This document shows, piece after piece, positions 54,992 through 64,000 of a DNA stretch of 64,000 nt. The translations under genes and the position numbers were made by a program. Source of the stretch: a plasmid; sequence record NZ_CP027239.1; one strand, 5' to 3'. How positions within the stretch are numbered: the stretch's first letter is position 1; each line of letters begins with the position of its first letter. The notes under the pieces were generated by a model. It was given only the letters and a program-made list of their open reading frames with translations. It searched no databases and had not been told where the DNA came from.

Positions 54992-57900
54992 TTAGGCGAG
55001 TTCTGCTTCCAGGTAGTCGTCCCAGTCGTCCATCTCGAACACGGCCGAGGTTGTGGCCCGGTGCTCTGCGAGGACGCCCCGGACGACGCCGGTGCGGAGC
55101 ATGTCGCGGGTGGAGGGGTCGGTGGTCCAGTCCTTGCCCTGCGGGCTGATGGGGCGGTTCTGCACGGTGGAGCGCACGTTCGGGTTGGTCTCCACCGCCG
55201 CCCACAGCTCGTTGAAGAGCATGTCGGTGTGGATCGGGCCGACCCGGCCGTCGACGTCCTTCATCACGCAGCGCCCGGTGCCGAGGATCCCCTCGGCCTT
55301 GGTCAGTCTCCGTGCCAGGTCTCGCACTACCGCGGGGTCTTCGTCGGCGACTGATCCGCGCAGCAGCCGCAGGGCGGCCATCGCTTCGGCGTCGGAGTCC
55401 TGCCAGAACGCGAAGATCGTCGGGAACTGGTTGGTGGACACCTCGTCTCCCTCACCGGTGTTGGACTGCAGCGCCGCGATGTCCGAGGCCTGCTGCGAGA
55501 TGAACACCACCACGAAGTTGAACGAGCGGCCCTGCCGCAGCGCAACCTGAATCAGGTCGCGGCCGGCGGGGATGCGGGTGATCATGTAGCCCTCGTCCAC
55601 GAACAGAGCGCGGGGGCGGCGTTGCGGCGGGGCGTCGGCCGGGCCGTTCGGCTTGACCACCTGCCGCACCGACTGCAGTACATCGGAGATCCGGTAGAGG
55701 GCGGTGAACAGTGCCGCGGAGGCGTTGCGTTCCCGCGGTGACCACTCGTTCGGGTCGTCCTTCTTGGGCGGCTCGACACCGCGCAGGGTGATCACGGTTC
55801 TCCGCTTATCCAGGGTGCGCAGACGGCCGTCACCGGCCTCGTCACCGGTGCTGAACAGCAGTTTCGAGTAGTCCTCTTCGGCGGCACGGTTGAGCCGGTC
55901 GGCGACCGCCTGCAGATCCTTGATGCGGTCCCCGATCGACAGTCGCTCGGTGGCGGCCATGCCCTTGACCTGATCAGGCCCGAGGAACTCGCTGTTGAGG
56001 TTCTCGATCTCATCGCCGATGTACTCGGCGATGCGGCGCATACCGATGGGGAAGTCCACCCCGTCGGCGGCAGCCCGGTCGTAGTCGGACTGCAGCTGCT
56101 GCAGTGCTCGCTCGACGATCTTGCGCTCCGCCGGGTCCACGATCAGCTGCTGCAGAACCTCTCGGGCCAGGGACGCTCCCCGCCGCACGTCGTCGCACAG
56201 GACGAACGGATCGAGCATTCCGGCGTTGCCTCGCCACAGGTCGATGAGGTCGGTGTTGTCCCAGAAGTCGCGGTTGACGACGGTGAACTTGGAGTTCGGG
56301 CCGCCGAGTGGGGAGTCGACGGCCTGGGTCTCTTCCTCAAATTGCGGGTCGGACACCTGGTCGCCGAAGGCGATGTAATGGCAGAACGCCTCGAAGTCGT
56401 TCTTCGGGTCTGCCACGACTGTCTGCACCCCGGACTCCGATAGCCAGAAGAACAGCATCAGGGCCAGCGACGACTTACCGGATCCGGAGGCGCCGATGAT
56501 GGCGACACCGCCGGCGTTGTTTCGGGCGATGGCCACGTGCGGGTCGAAGTGCACGATGGCGCCGTTCTCTGCGCTGTAGCCGATCATGTGTCCCAGCCAG
56601 CCCTTGGTCATGCCGCCGATGAACTCGGCGCGGTCGCCGACTGTCGGGGTGGAATCCAGGCGGGGCAGGGCGAGAGCTTGCAGGCTCGACCAGCGTTCAC
56701 CGATGTCGAGACCGCCGGCCCGCTTGGACAGGTACTTCTTGCCGATTCGTTCGACGTTGACCTGGCCGGGGAGCTGCTCCTCGAGCAGCGCCAGCTGAAC
56801 GCCGCGCTTGCGCTCCAGGGTCATGGTGCTGACTGCGTTCTTGACCTCGCGCACCGCATCGGACAGTGCGTTCAGGGTCGGTGCGGCCACGACCAGACGC
56901 AGCTGTCCGATCATCACCGGCTCGGGCTCGAGTTGCAGTTTGGCGTGCAGCTCTTCGGCGGCATCCCAGGTGCGGTCGAACTTAAGGTCACCGGTGGGGG
57001 CGTCGGCAGGGTTGTTGGCTGCCTGATTGCGGTTGGCGGCCTCGTCGCGCAGGTCCTCGATCTTCTTCTTCGCGAACTTCTGCCACGCCTTCTCGCTCAT
57101 CAGCGCGAACCGCCAGGACACCTCGACCGGGTAGGGCAGGTCTCGAAGCACCTTGCCCCAGGCGGAAGATTCGCCGAACTCCATGTGGGCGTCGGGAACG
57201 TTCGACACCGTCAGGGTGGTGATGTACGACCGCCGCGGGATCCCGTTGGCCGGGTCCGGCTCGAGCACCTCAACGGCGTCGGGCAGTACCCGGCCCGTCA
57301 GTACGGCCCACCGGTCGAACCATGAGGCACGCCACGGGCGGGTTGCCGAGTAGCCGATCTCGGCTTCGGGCTGGAAGTGCCCCGACACGGTCTTGCGTAC
57401 CAGCCACGACAGGTCGGCCCGGTCCATCGGCAGGGCCCCGTACTGGGACATGCGGTCGTAGAACTGCCGGGCGCGGTTACGGATGAACGCCAGTTCGTGG
57501 GCTTCGTAGTGCTCGTCGGCGATGCCGTCGTTCATCAGCGCAGACAGCGGATCGACCGTGGTCTGTCCCTTGATCACGCCGATGCGCACCATGATCATGC
57601 GTCGCCGCTCCGGGGTGGAATCGGCGATGTGTGGCGCCACTCCGCTGCTCACCAGGTCGCTGAACAGGGCTGACGGGTTCCACGCCTGCTCGCTGTACTG
57701 CTTCTCCCAGCGGGCGACATTCGCCGGCTGGAATCGGACGGTCTCGTGGCAGCGAACCTCGGTGAAGCCCTTCTCCCCCAGCTGCTGCATGAACCGCAAG
57801 ATGCCGGCGTAGAGGTCGTTGAGGTGGCCGACGATGGCGACCTGCTCACTGGCCGTGCGGAAGGAGTCCTGGGTCGACTCGGGGACGATCCCGACCCAGA

Positions 57901-58162
57901 CCTCGCCGCCGGAGATGAAGAAGAACGGGTCGTCCTCGGCGTAGGAGTAGTTGAGGCGTTTCTCCTGCTTGCGGGTCTTGCGCTGATCGACCAGGCGGTT
58001 GATCATCTCCTCGGTGCTCTCTCCGTCGTGCTCTACGGATGAGCCCTTGGGGGCGACGGTCTTGCCTCGCTTATGCCGCCACGGCGCGATCACCTTGACG
58101 ACCAGCACGACACCGATCACGAAGACGGCGACGAAGCCGAGAATGAGCAGGGGGAACGACAT
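54992..58162 (-). CDS. VirB4/TrbE/TcpF-family conjugal transfer ATPase.
   Basis: 1056 aa. GAGGAGAG SD. N-terminal TM helix. Walker A GASGSGKSS. Walker B LFVDEGYM, then RSFNFVVVFISQQ. Confidence 0.75.
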   Translation of the reverse strand: MSFPLLILGFVAVFVIGVVLVVKVIAPWRHKRGKTVAPKGSSVEHDGESTEEMINRLVDQRKTRKQEKRLNYSYAEDDPFFFISGGEVWVGIVPESTQDSFRTASEQVAIVGHLNDLYAGILRFMQQLGEKGFTEVRCHETVRFQPANVARWEKQYSEQAWNPSALFSDLVSSGVAPHIADSTPERRRMIMVRIGVIKGQTTVDPLSALMNDGIADEHYEAHELAFIRNRARQFYDRMSQYGALPMDRADLSWLVRKTVSGHFQPEAEIGYSATRPWRASWFDRWAVLTGRVLPDAVEVLEPDPANGIPRRSYITTLTVSNVPDAHMEFGESSAWGKVLRDLPYPVEVSWRFALMSEKAWQKFAKKKIEDLRDEAANRNQAANNPADAPTGDLKFDRTWDAAEELHAKLQLEPEPVMIGQLRLVVAAPTLNALSDAVREVKNAVSTMTLERKRGVQLALLEEQLPGQVNVERIGKKYLSKRAGGLDIGERWSSLQALALPRLDSTPTVGDRAEFIGGMTKGWLGHMIGYSAENGAIVHFDPHVAIARNNAGGVAIIGASGSGKSSLALMLFFWLSESGVQTVVADPKNDFEAFCHYIAFGDQVSDPQFEEETQAVDSPLGGPNSKFTVVNRDFWDNTDLIDLWRGNAGMLDPFVLCDDVRRGASLAREVLQQLIVDPAERKIVERALQQLQSDYDRAAADGVDFPIGMRRIAEYIGDEIENLNSEFLGPDQVKGMAATERLSIGDRIKDLQAVADRLNRAAEEDYSKLLFSTGDEAGDGRLRTLDKRRTVITLRGVEPPKKDDPNEWSPRERNASAALFTALYRISDVLQSVRQVVKPNGPADAPPQRRPRALFVDEGYMITRIPAGRDLIQVALRQGRSFNFVVVFISQQASDIAALQSNTGEGDEVSTNQFPTIFAFWQDSDAEAMAALRLLRGSVADEDPAVVRDLARRLTKAEGILGTGRCVMKDVDGRVGPIHTDMLFNELWAAVETNPNVRSTVQNRPISPQGKDWTTDPSTRDMLRTGVVRGVLAEHRATTSAVFEMDDWDDYLEAELA

Positions 58163-58164
58163 GA

Positions 58165-58758
58165 CTATCTCTCCTCAGGTCCGTACATCTCGTCCAGTAG
58201 CTCTCCGCCGGATTCCCACCACACCCGTCGCTGCCACTGCTCGATCGACTCGTAGGCGGCCGGCCACATCCGGCCCTGGACCGGTTCGATCGGGGCGTCC
58301 GCGGTGAAGCCGTAGTGCTCGTACTGCCGCACCGGCAGCGCTGGCCCTTTGGCTCCTGCGGGGCGGGCCACGATCGCCACCCAGGCGAAGTGGGTCGGCT
58401 CCCGGTCCTCCGCCATGCCGGCGATCTGCTTGGGCTGCTTCGCGATCCGCACGACCAGCAGCTGTATCCGCTGCATGAAGGTCTCTCGGCCTTCGGTGTC
58501 ACGCTGTGCGACCCAGTACACCGCCACCCATATGCACAGAAGGATCGGCGCCGAGAACCACGCCGAGACCGGCACCAGCGCCATCCACCCGAGCACGATG
58601 GGTGTCCCAACTACCGCGGTGGCCGCCACGCCCCATCCGGCCGCGGGCAAGTCCAGTCCCCCGCCGGGCAGGCCTGACATATCAATGTCGTTGGCGGTCG
58701 CCATCCGGCGCCGGTGATGCACGATCGCGGTGTAGTCCGTGGCGTACGGTGCGTTCAT
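58165..58758 (-). CDS. Small conjugal-transfer membrane protein (VirB3/TcpE-like candidate).
   Basis: GGAAAGG SD. Two adjacent TM helices. ATGA overlap with the VirB4 start. Confidence 0.5.
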   Translation of the reverse strand: MNAPYATDYTAIVHHRRRMATANDIDMSGLPGGGLDLPAAGWGVAATAVVGTPIVLGWMALVPVSAWFSAPILLCIWVAVYWVAQRDTEGRETFMQRIQLLVVRIAKQPKQIAGMAEDREPTHFAWVAIVARPAGAKGPALPVRQYEHYGFTADAPIEPVQGRMWPAAYESIEQWQRRVWWESGGELLDEMYGPEER

Positions 58759-58833
58759 CTCGCCTGGCCTTTCCGTCGTGCGTCCTGCGCTGATTGCTGC
58801 GGCAGATAGTGACGCTCTGCCGCGGCCAGGTCA

Positions 58834-59196
58834 CTAACCGAGCTCGCCACCGAACTGCATGGCGAAGCCGACGAGCGTGGCGCCGCCACCGATGATCAGG
58901 CCGGCGATCAGCAGCCCGGACAGCGACGACAGGGCCTCTCGGATGCCGCCGCCTTCCTTGCTGGTCACGGCCTTCCAGCCGACGACAATGCCGACGAGCA
59001 CGACGCAGATCGCCAGGATGAGCAGGCCGGCGTTGCGGACGAACTCGCCGATCTGGCGCAGCACACCGTAGAAGCCCTCCGCTCCCTGTCCGCCGCCACC
59101 GCCGCCGCCGCCGTCGGTGGGGGCCGGCGCCTGCTGGGCGAGGTAGGTGATGTTCTGAGCCATGTCGGGGTTCGCCAGGATGTCTACGAGGGACAT
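58834..59196 (-). CDS. Small two-TM membrane protein (VirB2/TrbC-like or PrgF-like candidate) with a poly-Gly tract.
   Basis: AAAGGAG SD. 120 aa with two hydrophobic helices. GGGGGGGG run. Confidence 0.4.
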   Translation of the reverse strand: MSLVDILANPDMAQNITYLAQQAPAPTDGGGGGGGGQGAEGFYGVLRQIGEFVRNAGLLILAICVVLVGIVVGWKAVTSKEGGGIREALSSLSGLLIAGLIIGGGATLVGFAMQFGGELG

Positions 59197-59258
59197 TGGG
59201 TGCTCCTTTGCAGTGGTGGACGGCTCCTGGGTGGAGCCGCGAGTGTTCAGTCAGCCGG

Positions 59259-61067
59259 TCAGGGAGTGCCCGGCGAGCTGGTTCCCGACGCCCCGGGTGA
59301 GGTGCCGTCGCCGGACTGCAGGTCGTCCACCGACCCGAGTCCGCCGCTGTCTCCGCCGGTCGTGCCGCCGGAAGTCGAGTTCCCGCCACTGCGGGTGGTG
59401 TTGCCGGAGCTGCCGCTGGCGCCGCTGGGTCTGCCCGAGCTGCTGGAGCGTCCGACGTTGCTGCCGGAGGTGTCGATGACCCCGTTTTGGATGTCGTACA
59501 CCAGCCACCGGTCAGCCTCGCGCACCAGCGACATCCGGTAGCCGGCCTGCTGAGTGGCTTCCGAGGCGGTGACGGTCCAGGAGGCCGTCACGTCGACGAA
59601 CACGTAGTCACCGTCGACGTAGACCACCGTCTCGCCGGTGTTGACCGACTTGTTGGGCTTGGCGACGACGGTGCGGATGTCCGGCTGGGTCAGGGCCCCG
59701 CCGAGGCCGTTGCGGACGTTCGTGGTGGCGTCTCGCGCCATGAGTAGGTTCATCTGGCGGGTGTCGCTGGAGGCCCACGCTGTCAGGAACGGCTCGATGA
59801 CGGTGCTGGACAGTTCGCTGCCCAGCTCTTGGTCAACGTTGCGGGGCTGCTCGGGTAGCGGGGCCTGCGCCACCGGGATGGTCGGCGACATGCCGATGGC
59901 TCCGACCACCTGCATGGCCATGCCGCCGCCCTCGGTGGGGCCGACCCAGACTGGGACGCTCACCGCGAACGGTTCCCCGTCGAGGACCACATCGAAGCCG
60001 AGGTGGGCGGCTTCTCCGGTCCCGTAGCCGGGTACCGGGTCGGCGTAGCCGTTGAACATCACCGAATCGACGACCTGTTCCGCTCCGTCGTTCTGCCATC
60101 CGCAGTCGCGTGGCGCGGTGCCGGCGGACATCGACTCCAGTCGTGCCTGCCGTTGCTGCAGCTGCACGCTGTCGCCGTGCGTCAAGCAGGTCTCCAGGTA
60201 GCGGGTCGCGAACGCGGACGCCGAGTCGACGGGGAACGTCGAGAGGTTGTAGGCAGCCGCCTCTTCGGGGCTGATCGCGCCTTCTGCGGGGATGCGTGAG
60301 GTGCCGACGACGATGCCCATCAGCAGACCGGTCACGGTGGTCAGAGCCATCACTGCCCCGGCGGCGTAGACCAGGCGCTTTCCTCGCTGCCTGGTGTTGG
60401 ACACCGGCGGCGCCCCGGGCGGGGTGACGTCGAAGTCACTGATGGGGACGCCGTGCTCGTCGTAGTAGGTGATGGCCGGCGTGTCGTCGGTGTCGGAGTG
60501 CCCGCGGGTTCCGGCCAGGTGGAACAGGCGAGACAGCCGGCCCTCGCCCTTGCTCTTGCCCTTGGGCTTCGTGGCGTTCGGCTCTTCGGGCGGGACTTCG
60601 TAGCCGTCGGCGTCGACCCAGATCAGTTCGTCGTTGCCGTCGACGTCCAGGATCGGTTTGCCCTGCTCGTCCGTGCGGGCCAGCAGCTGCCCGTCGGCGG
60701 TGGTCGCCACGGTCCCGCCCTCGACGTCGGTGGAGTACAGGTACCTGGTGGTCCCGGCGACGATCTCGAAGTACGGCTCGGGAGTGCGCTGCGGTGCCGG
60801 CTCGACGGGAGCGGTGACCGGCGCCGGGTCCGGATCGGCTGGCGGGGGCGGCTCGGTCGCGGCCGGGGCGGGGCTGGTGTCCGCGGCGGGCCACACTTGT
60901 ACACCGGCCAGGCAGCGCAGGGCCTCGATCACTTCGGTGGGATCGTCGCCGGCCCCGGTGGGGGCGGGCTGCAGGTCCGCGGGGATCCCGGACTTGGGGA
61001 ACACCGCGGTTTTCCCATCTCCGGTGGGGGCGGGAAACATGCCGGGGGGCAGGACGAGTCGACTCAC
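59259..61067 (-). CDS. Conjugal-transfer membrane-anchored protein (TcpC/VirB8-like candidate) with a Ser/Gly/Thr-rich C-terminal tail. Start uncertain: the track ORF extends to 61232, and alternatives are a GTG at 61067 and an ATG at 61040.
   Basis: Single TM helix (LVYAAGAVMALTTVTGLLMGIVVG) followed by a roughly 300-aa extracytoplasmic domain. Low-complexity SSSGRPSGASGSSGNTTRSGG tail. Confidence 0.5.
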   Translation of the reverse strand: MSRLVLPPGMFPAPTGDGKTAVFPKSGIPADLQPAPTGAGDDPTEVIEALRCLAGVQVWPAADTSPAPAATEPPPPADPDPAPVTAPVEPAPQRTPEPYFEIVAGTTRYLYSTDVEGGTVATTADGQLLARTDEQGKPILDVDGNDELIWVDADGYEVPPEEPNATKPKGKSKGEGRLSRLFHLAGTRGHSDTDDTPAITYYDEHGVPISDFDVTPPGAPPVSNTRQRGKRLVYAAGAVMALTTVTGLLMGIVVGTSRIPAEGAISPEEAAAYNLSTFPVDSASAFATRYLETCLTHGDSVQLQQRQARLESMSAGTAPRDCGWQNDGAEQVVDSVMFNGYADPVPGYGTGEAAHLGFDVVLDGEPFAVSVPVWVGPTEGGGMAMQVVGAIGMSPTIPVAQAPLPEQPRNVDQELGSELSSTVIEPFLTAWASSDTRQMNLLMARDATTNVRNGLGGALTQPDIRTVVAKPNKSVNTGETVVYVDGDYVFVDVTASWTVTASEATQQAGYRMSLVREADRWLVYDIQNGVIDTSGSNVGRSSSSGRPSGASGSSGNTTRSGGNSTSGGTTGGDSGGLGSVDDLQSGDGTSPGASGTSSPGTP

Positions 61068-61241
61068 TGGGCCACTCCCCGCCAGGCGGCGCAGTGCACA
61101 GTACTCATCCAGCCCCTCCTTGTTCCGCCAGGTCGGCCAGGTGTCCTGACCGCCTTCCGGCGAATGTTTGCTCCGATGGGGTGATCGTAAAGCCCACTCA
61201 TGCCGGGGCGGGCCGGTCGACGTGCCGCGCACTGCGGAAGC

Positions 61242-61446
61242 TGGGATTTTCGGGCGGACGGTTGGGATTGTGGGACTTTCGGGCGATTTCGCCGCCAGAG
61301 GTTGGGACCGCCTAAGGCTGCCCCGCGAAACGCCTGGTCAATGCCCGGCTGAAAGTAAGGAGGCGAGGGTTGCCTTGCTCCCGCAGTCCCATCTTGTCGA
61401 GCCCCGAAGTCCCAACTGGGCCGTTTGTGCTGGTCGAAATCCCAAC
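61242..61446. promoter_or_regulatory. Array of roughly 14-bp GTTGGGA(C/T)TTTCGGG-like motifs (3-4 direct, then 2-3 inverted) in the 340-bp intergenic region between the coupling-protein gene and the next transfer gene. Candidate operator array or oriT-associated repeats.
   Basis: Direct copies: tgggattttcgggcg (61242-61256), gttgggattgtggg (61261-61274), tgggactttcgggcg (61271-61285), ggttgggaccgcc (61300-61312). Inverted copies: cccgaagtcccaac (61403-61416), cgaaatcccaac (61435-61446). Confidence 0.35.
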
Positions 61447-61570
61447 GTGGGCGGGGCCCTCAACTCATCTGGACACGTCCGGGACGCGGAGCACGCCCCA
61501 GGCCCGCCAGGCACGCCCCGCGCGCCGCAGCGGTGTCAGTTGCGGTTCCACCGCCAGGCGGCGCGCTCGG

Positions 61571-63523
61571 TCAGCGGGCAGCGAAGGGATCCTCGAAGTC
61601 CTCAACGAAGTCGTCCTCGGACCACCCAGCGAAGTCGCCACCCTCAGAATCGTCCGGCGGCAGCCCGTGCGGGATGGAGGCCTCCTCCGGCAGATCCGGG
61701 CCATCCGGTAACGGCACCGACTCGTCGAGCCCCGCTGCCGGCTGGGAGGGGGAGCTCTGACGGCCTCGAGGGAACAAGGCGTCCGGCACGTCGATGGCTG
61801 CCCGGCTGTCGACGTCGAAGGCCTCATCACGCCCGGTGAGGATCTGCGCCAGGAGCCGGTTGTCGCGCAGCTCCGCCAACTGCTCGGACATCACCTTCTC
61901 GAGCTGGGCGCGGGATTCGTCGGCATCGACGTCGTCATCGGCGTAGGGGTCCCACCGGTACGGCTTCTCCAGCACCGGCACCATGCGGATCGTCTCATAC
62001 CAGTTGTTGGGCCCCTCCGGGCCGCAGGTGTGCACGGCAGTGTGCTCATCTGCACCGTTGATGAACAGCACCTCCCGCCGGTCATTGTCGGCGTCCACAC
62101 GCAGGCCCATCACCGCGTCAGCGGGGATGCGGGTGGAGTCCTCGCTGGTCTTGCGGATCTTGGAGGTTTCCCCAGCGCCCTGCCCGAATCGGAAACGGTT
62201 GCGTTCGACCTGCGCTTCTTCGACGGCGTACATCTTGCGCACCTCTGACGATTCCGCGGCGAACAGCTTCGCGTCCTCCGACGATGACAGTTTCAGGGTC
62301 AGCAGGTGATCCATCTGCGCTCGCAGTCGCTTCCACACCACTCCCTGTCCGTCGTCGATCGCCAGGACGTCGGCGATGGACTGCGAGGACAGGATGGGCC
62401 GGATTCCCATGTCGGCGGACTTGTTGAACAGCCCGATCATCGCGTTCGCCGCCTCCGGGGTGTTCGCCGATCCGACCTCTTCCATCTGCAGCACCAGCGG
62501 CGCCCACGGGGTTCCATCGACGGTGCCGACGTCGGCTCCGACGTAGCGGGCCACGGTGTCGTACTTTGACCGCAGGGTCGCCACGGTGCTCTGCAGGTCC
62601 AGTAGCACGGTGGTCCCCACCAGGGCCGCGGTGTCGGGGTAGTCCTGTGCCGGCAGCGAGAACACGACGATTTCCCGCCGCAGGATGGCCCGCACCAGGT
62701 CGATCCGCATCGCCGGCGCCGCACCTGGGGTGAGGCGGCCGTCCAGGGCGGAGTCGTTGAGGATGGTGCCGATGAGCGACGCGGTGTCGGAGATCGACCC
62801 GGACAGCGTCGAGCTGGCGCGGCGCAGCTGGTCGGAGAAGGTGGCCATACGCTGCTGGATTGCGCCTACCCTGTTCTGGGCGTCGCGTTCGCCGATGATT
62901 CCGCCACTGGCGCGGATGACGTCGTCGACGGTCAGGGAGTTGCCGATCTGAACGATCGAGTCGGCGGCCAGGACGTTGGACAGCACCTGCAGCCCGGACT
63001 GGGGTTGGCCGCCCCTCTTGGTCTGGTCCAGGCCTTTGAGGGCGGCCAAGTCCCACGCCAGGGACACCGCCTCGTTGGCCTGCCGCAGATACACCGCGGC
63101 ATCACCGTGGCGGGGCACCGAGTTCAGCAGCATCGACGCCTTGGACTTGCCGTTGCCTCGGGTGAACGGGTCGTAGTGCGCGGGCCGTGGAGGTGCATAG
63201 GGGTGAGCCGGCCGGTAGGTGGTGCGGGCCTTGGGTGCGAGCTCGAAGTGCAGGAAGGTGCGGCCGAGCTCGCGCGCCAGCTCGGCCTTGCGTCGCACCA
63301 GGTCGTGGTCACCCTTGAAGTCGAGCACGATCTGTCCGCAGCCGAGCTGGCGGGACTGCTGGTCAGCGATCGAGGTGGCCAGCCGTGTCTTACCGGAGCG
63401 GGAGGTGCCAAAGATCGCGACGGCCTTCTTCAGTTGCGAGCACGGAACCAGTACCGGGTCACCGTATCGGCCGGTGCCGATTGCCACCGCCGGCCCGTCG
63501 TCAGGTTTCTGCCAAGGCCACAT
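61571..63523 (-). CDS. Type IV secretion coupling-protein-like ATPase (TraG/TraD/VirD4-family candidate). The internal start MWPWQKP is used.
   Basis: AGGAGG SD upstream of the internal ATG. Walker A AIFGTSRSGKT. The 133-aa N-extension of the track ORF is Arg/His-rich and rejected. Family assignment versus an FtsK-like ATPase is not resolved. Confidence 0.55.
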   Translation of the reverse strand: MWPWQKPDDGPAVAIGTGRYGDPVLVPCSQLKKAVAIFGTSRSGKTRLATSIADQQSRQLGCGQIVLDFKGDHDLVRRKAELARELGRTFLHFELAPKARTTYRPAHPYAPPRPAHYDPFTRGNGKSKASMLLNSVPRHGDAAVYLRQANEAVSLAWDLAALKGLDQTKRGGQPQSGLQVLSNVLAADSIVQIGNSLTVDDVIRASGGIIGERDAQNRVGAIQQRMATFSDQLRRASSTLSGSISDTASLIGTILNDSALDGRLTPGAAPAMRIDLVRAILRREIVVFSLPAQDYPDTAALVGTTVLLDLQSTVATLRSKYDTVARYVGADVGTVDGTPWAPLVLQMEEVGSANTPEAANAMIGLFNKSADMGIRPILSSQSIADVLAIDDGQGVVWKRLRAQMDHLLTLKLSSSEDAKLFAAESSEVRKMYAVEEAQVERNRFRFGQGAGETSKIRKTSEDSTRIPADAVMGLRVDADNDRREVLFINGADEHTAVHTCGPEGPNNWYETIRMVPVLEKPYRWDPYADDDVDADESRAQLEKVMSEQLAELRDNRLLAQILTGRDEAFDVDSRAAIDVPDALFPRGRQSSPSQPAAGLDESVPLPDGPDLPEEASIPHGLPPDDSEGGDFAGWSEDDFVEDFEDPFAAR

Positions 63524-63981
63524 CAGGACCGTTCCTCCTGGAGGTAAGCGCCAGCGGCGATCTGCTCTCGCACCTTGCGTTCGTGTCTGCGGTCCAGCCA
63601 GCCCACGGGCCGCATGTTGGAGTAGGCCTCGCCCTCGACGGTGCCCTCGAGGCGCCGGGACCTGGAGCGGATGGCGCTGTAGATCGCTCCGATGGCCAAG
63701 CCTGTTGGGATGCCGAACGCCAGCTGCGTGAGGATCACCTGCGACATCGGCATCGTCGTGTGGGCTGCCGCCCAGCCCAGCACCCCGGTGTCGAAGCTCG
63801 ACAGCAGGCCGGATGCCCAGGTGGTGGCGGCGAAGCTGGTCGACCAGGCCAGCCACACGCTGGTGTTGACCCCAGCGGCGATGACGCCGATGACCAGGGC
63901 CACCGCGGCCCACATGAGCCACCGACTGGTGCGTACGCGGCGGTACTCGATGCCGATCACGGCGCCGGCTGCGGCGAGCAT
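63523..63981 (-). CDS. Hypothetical polytopic membrane protein. The start may lie beyond the listed ATG near the window end.
   Basis: Four hydrophobic helices. Its stop overlaps the coupling-protein start. Confidence 0.45.
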   Translation of the reverse strand: MLAAAGAVIGIEYRRVRTSRWLMWAAVALVIGVIAAGVNTSVWLAWSTSFAATTWASGLLSSFDTGVLGWAAAHTTMPMSQVILTQLAFGIPTGLAIGAIYSAIRSRSRRLEGTVEGEAYSNMRPVGWLDRRHERKVREQIAAGAYLQEERS

Positions 63982-64000
63982 GGTGCCGGGCAGTGCCGCG

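Noticed and set aside
61370-61711. 113-aa TTG-initiated ORF directly after an AAGGAGG on the plus strand, within the T4SS intergenic region.
   Set aside because: The translation is Ser/Pro/Arg-rich junk and it runs 140 nt antisense into the coupling-protein gene. The AAGGAGG is more likely part of the regulatory region.

Overview
This is a 64-kb, high-GC (about 67-70%) actinobacterial-type sequence with near wall-to-wall coding, no rRNA or tRNA, and the overall character of a conjugative element (conjugative plasmid or ICE). It reads as three parts.

Left part (1-25 kb), replication, recombination and maintenance genes: a 5'-truncated gene; a DUF457 membrane hydrolase; a 950-aa FtsK/SpoIIIE-family DNA translocase whose N-terminal domain carries tandem repeats; a DUF932 protein; an alpha/beta hydrolase; a chain of small translationally coupled genes; ssb; an orphan type I-E-like CRISPR mini-array (4 repeats, 3 spacers) with no cas genes; a 546-aa unknown protein; a RusA-like resolvase; a DnaB-family helicase; an actin-like (ParM/Hsp70-fold) ATPase; a YqaJ-nuclease/DnaQ-exonuclease fusion; a helicase-associated-domain protein; and several membrane proteins.

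Middle part (about 25.6-39.3 kb), a 14-kb accessory island, bordered on the left by a low-GC noncoding region with a 26-bp perfect palindrome and iteron-like repeats: a CrtI-like FAD oxidoreductase gene cleanly split by an IS481-family element with 6-bp target duplication ACTAGC; a TetR plus paired-SMR efflux operon; an AraC regulator; a second CrtI-like oxidoreductase; an NmrA-like protein; an FAD monooxygenase; an acyl-CoA synthetase; a phosphotriesterase-like protein lacking the HxH ligands; and a frameshifted DUF3817 gene.

Right part (39.3-64 kb): a tyrosine integrase preceded by a cluster of CACTGACA-like motifs that also occur at the island's left border and at 13.8 kb; an SF2 helicase; a NERD-domain membrane protein; lipoproteins; and a Gram-positive-type type IV secretion module. 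The module comprises a 1045-aa four-domain peptidoglycan hydrolase (M23 + Rpf-like + SLT + NlpC/P60), a 1014-aa polytopic VirB6/TcpH-like protein, a VirB4-family ATPase, small VirB3/VirB2-like membrane proteins, a TcpC-like protein and a coupling-protein-like ATPase.

No relaxase was recognised. Everything rests on reading the translations and the DNA by eye; no database searches were run.
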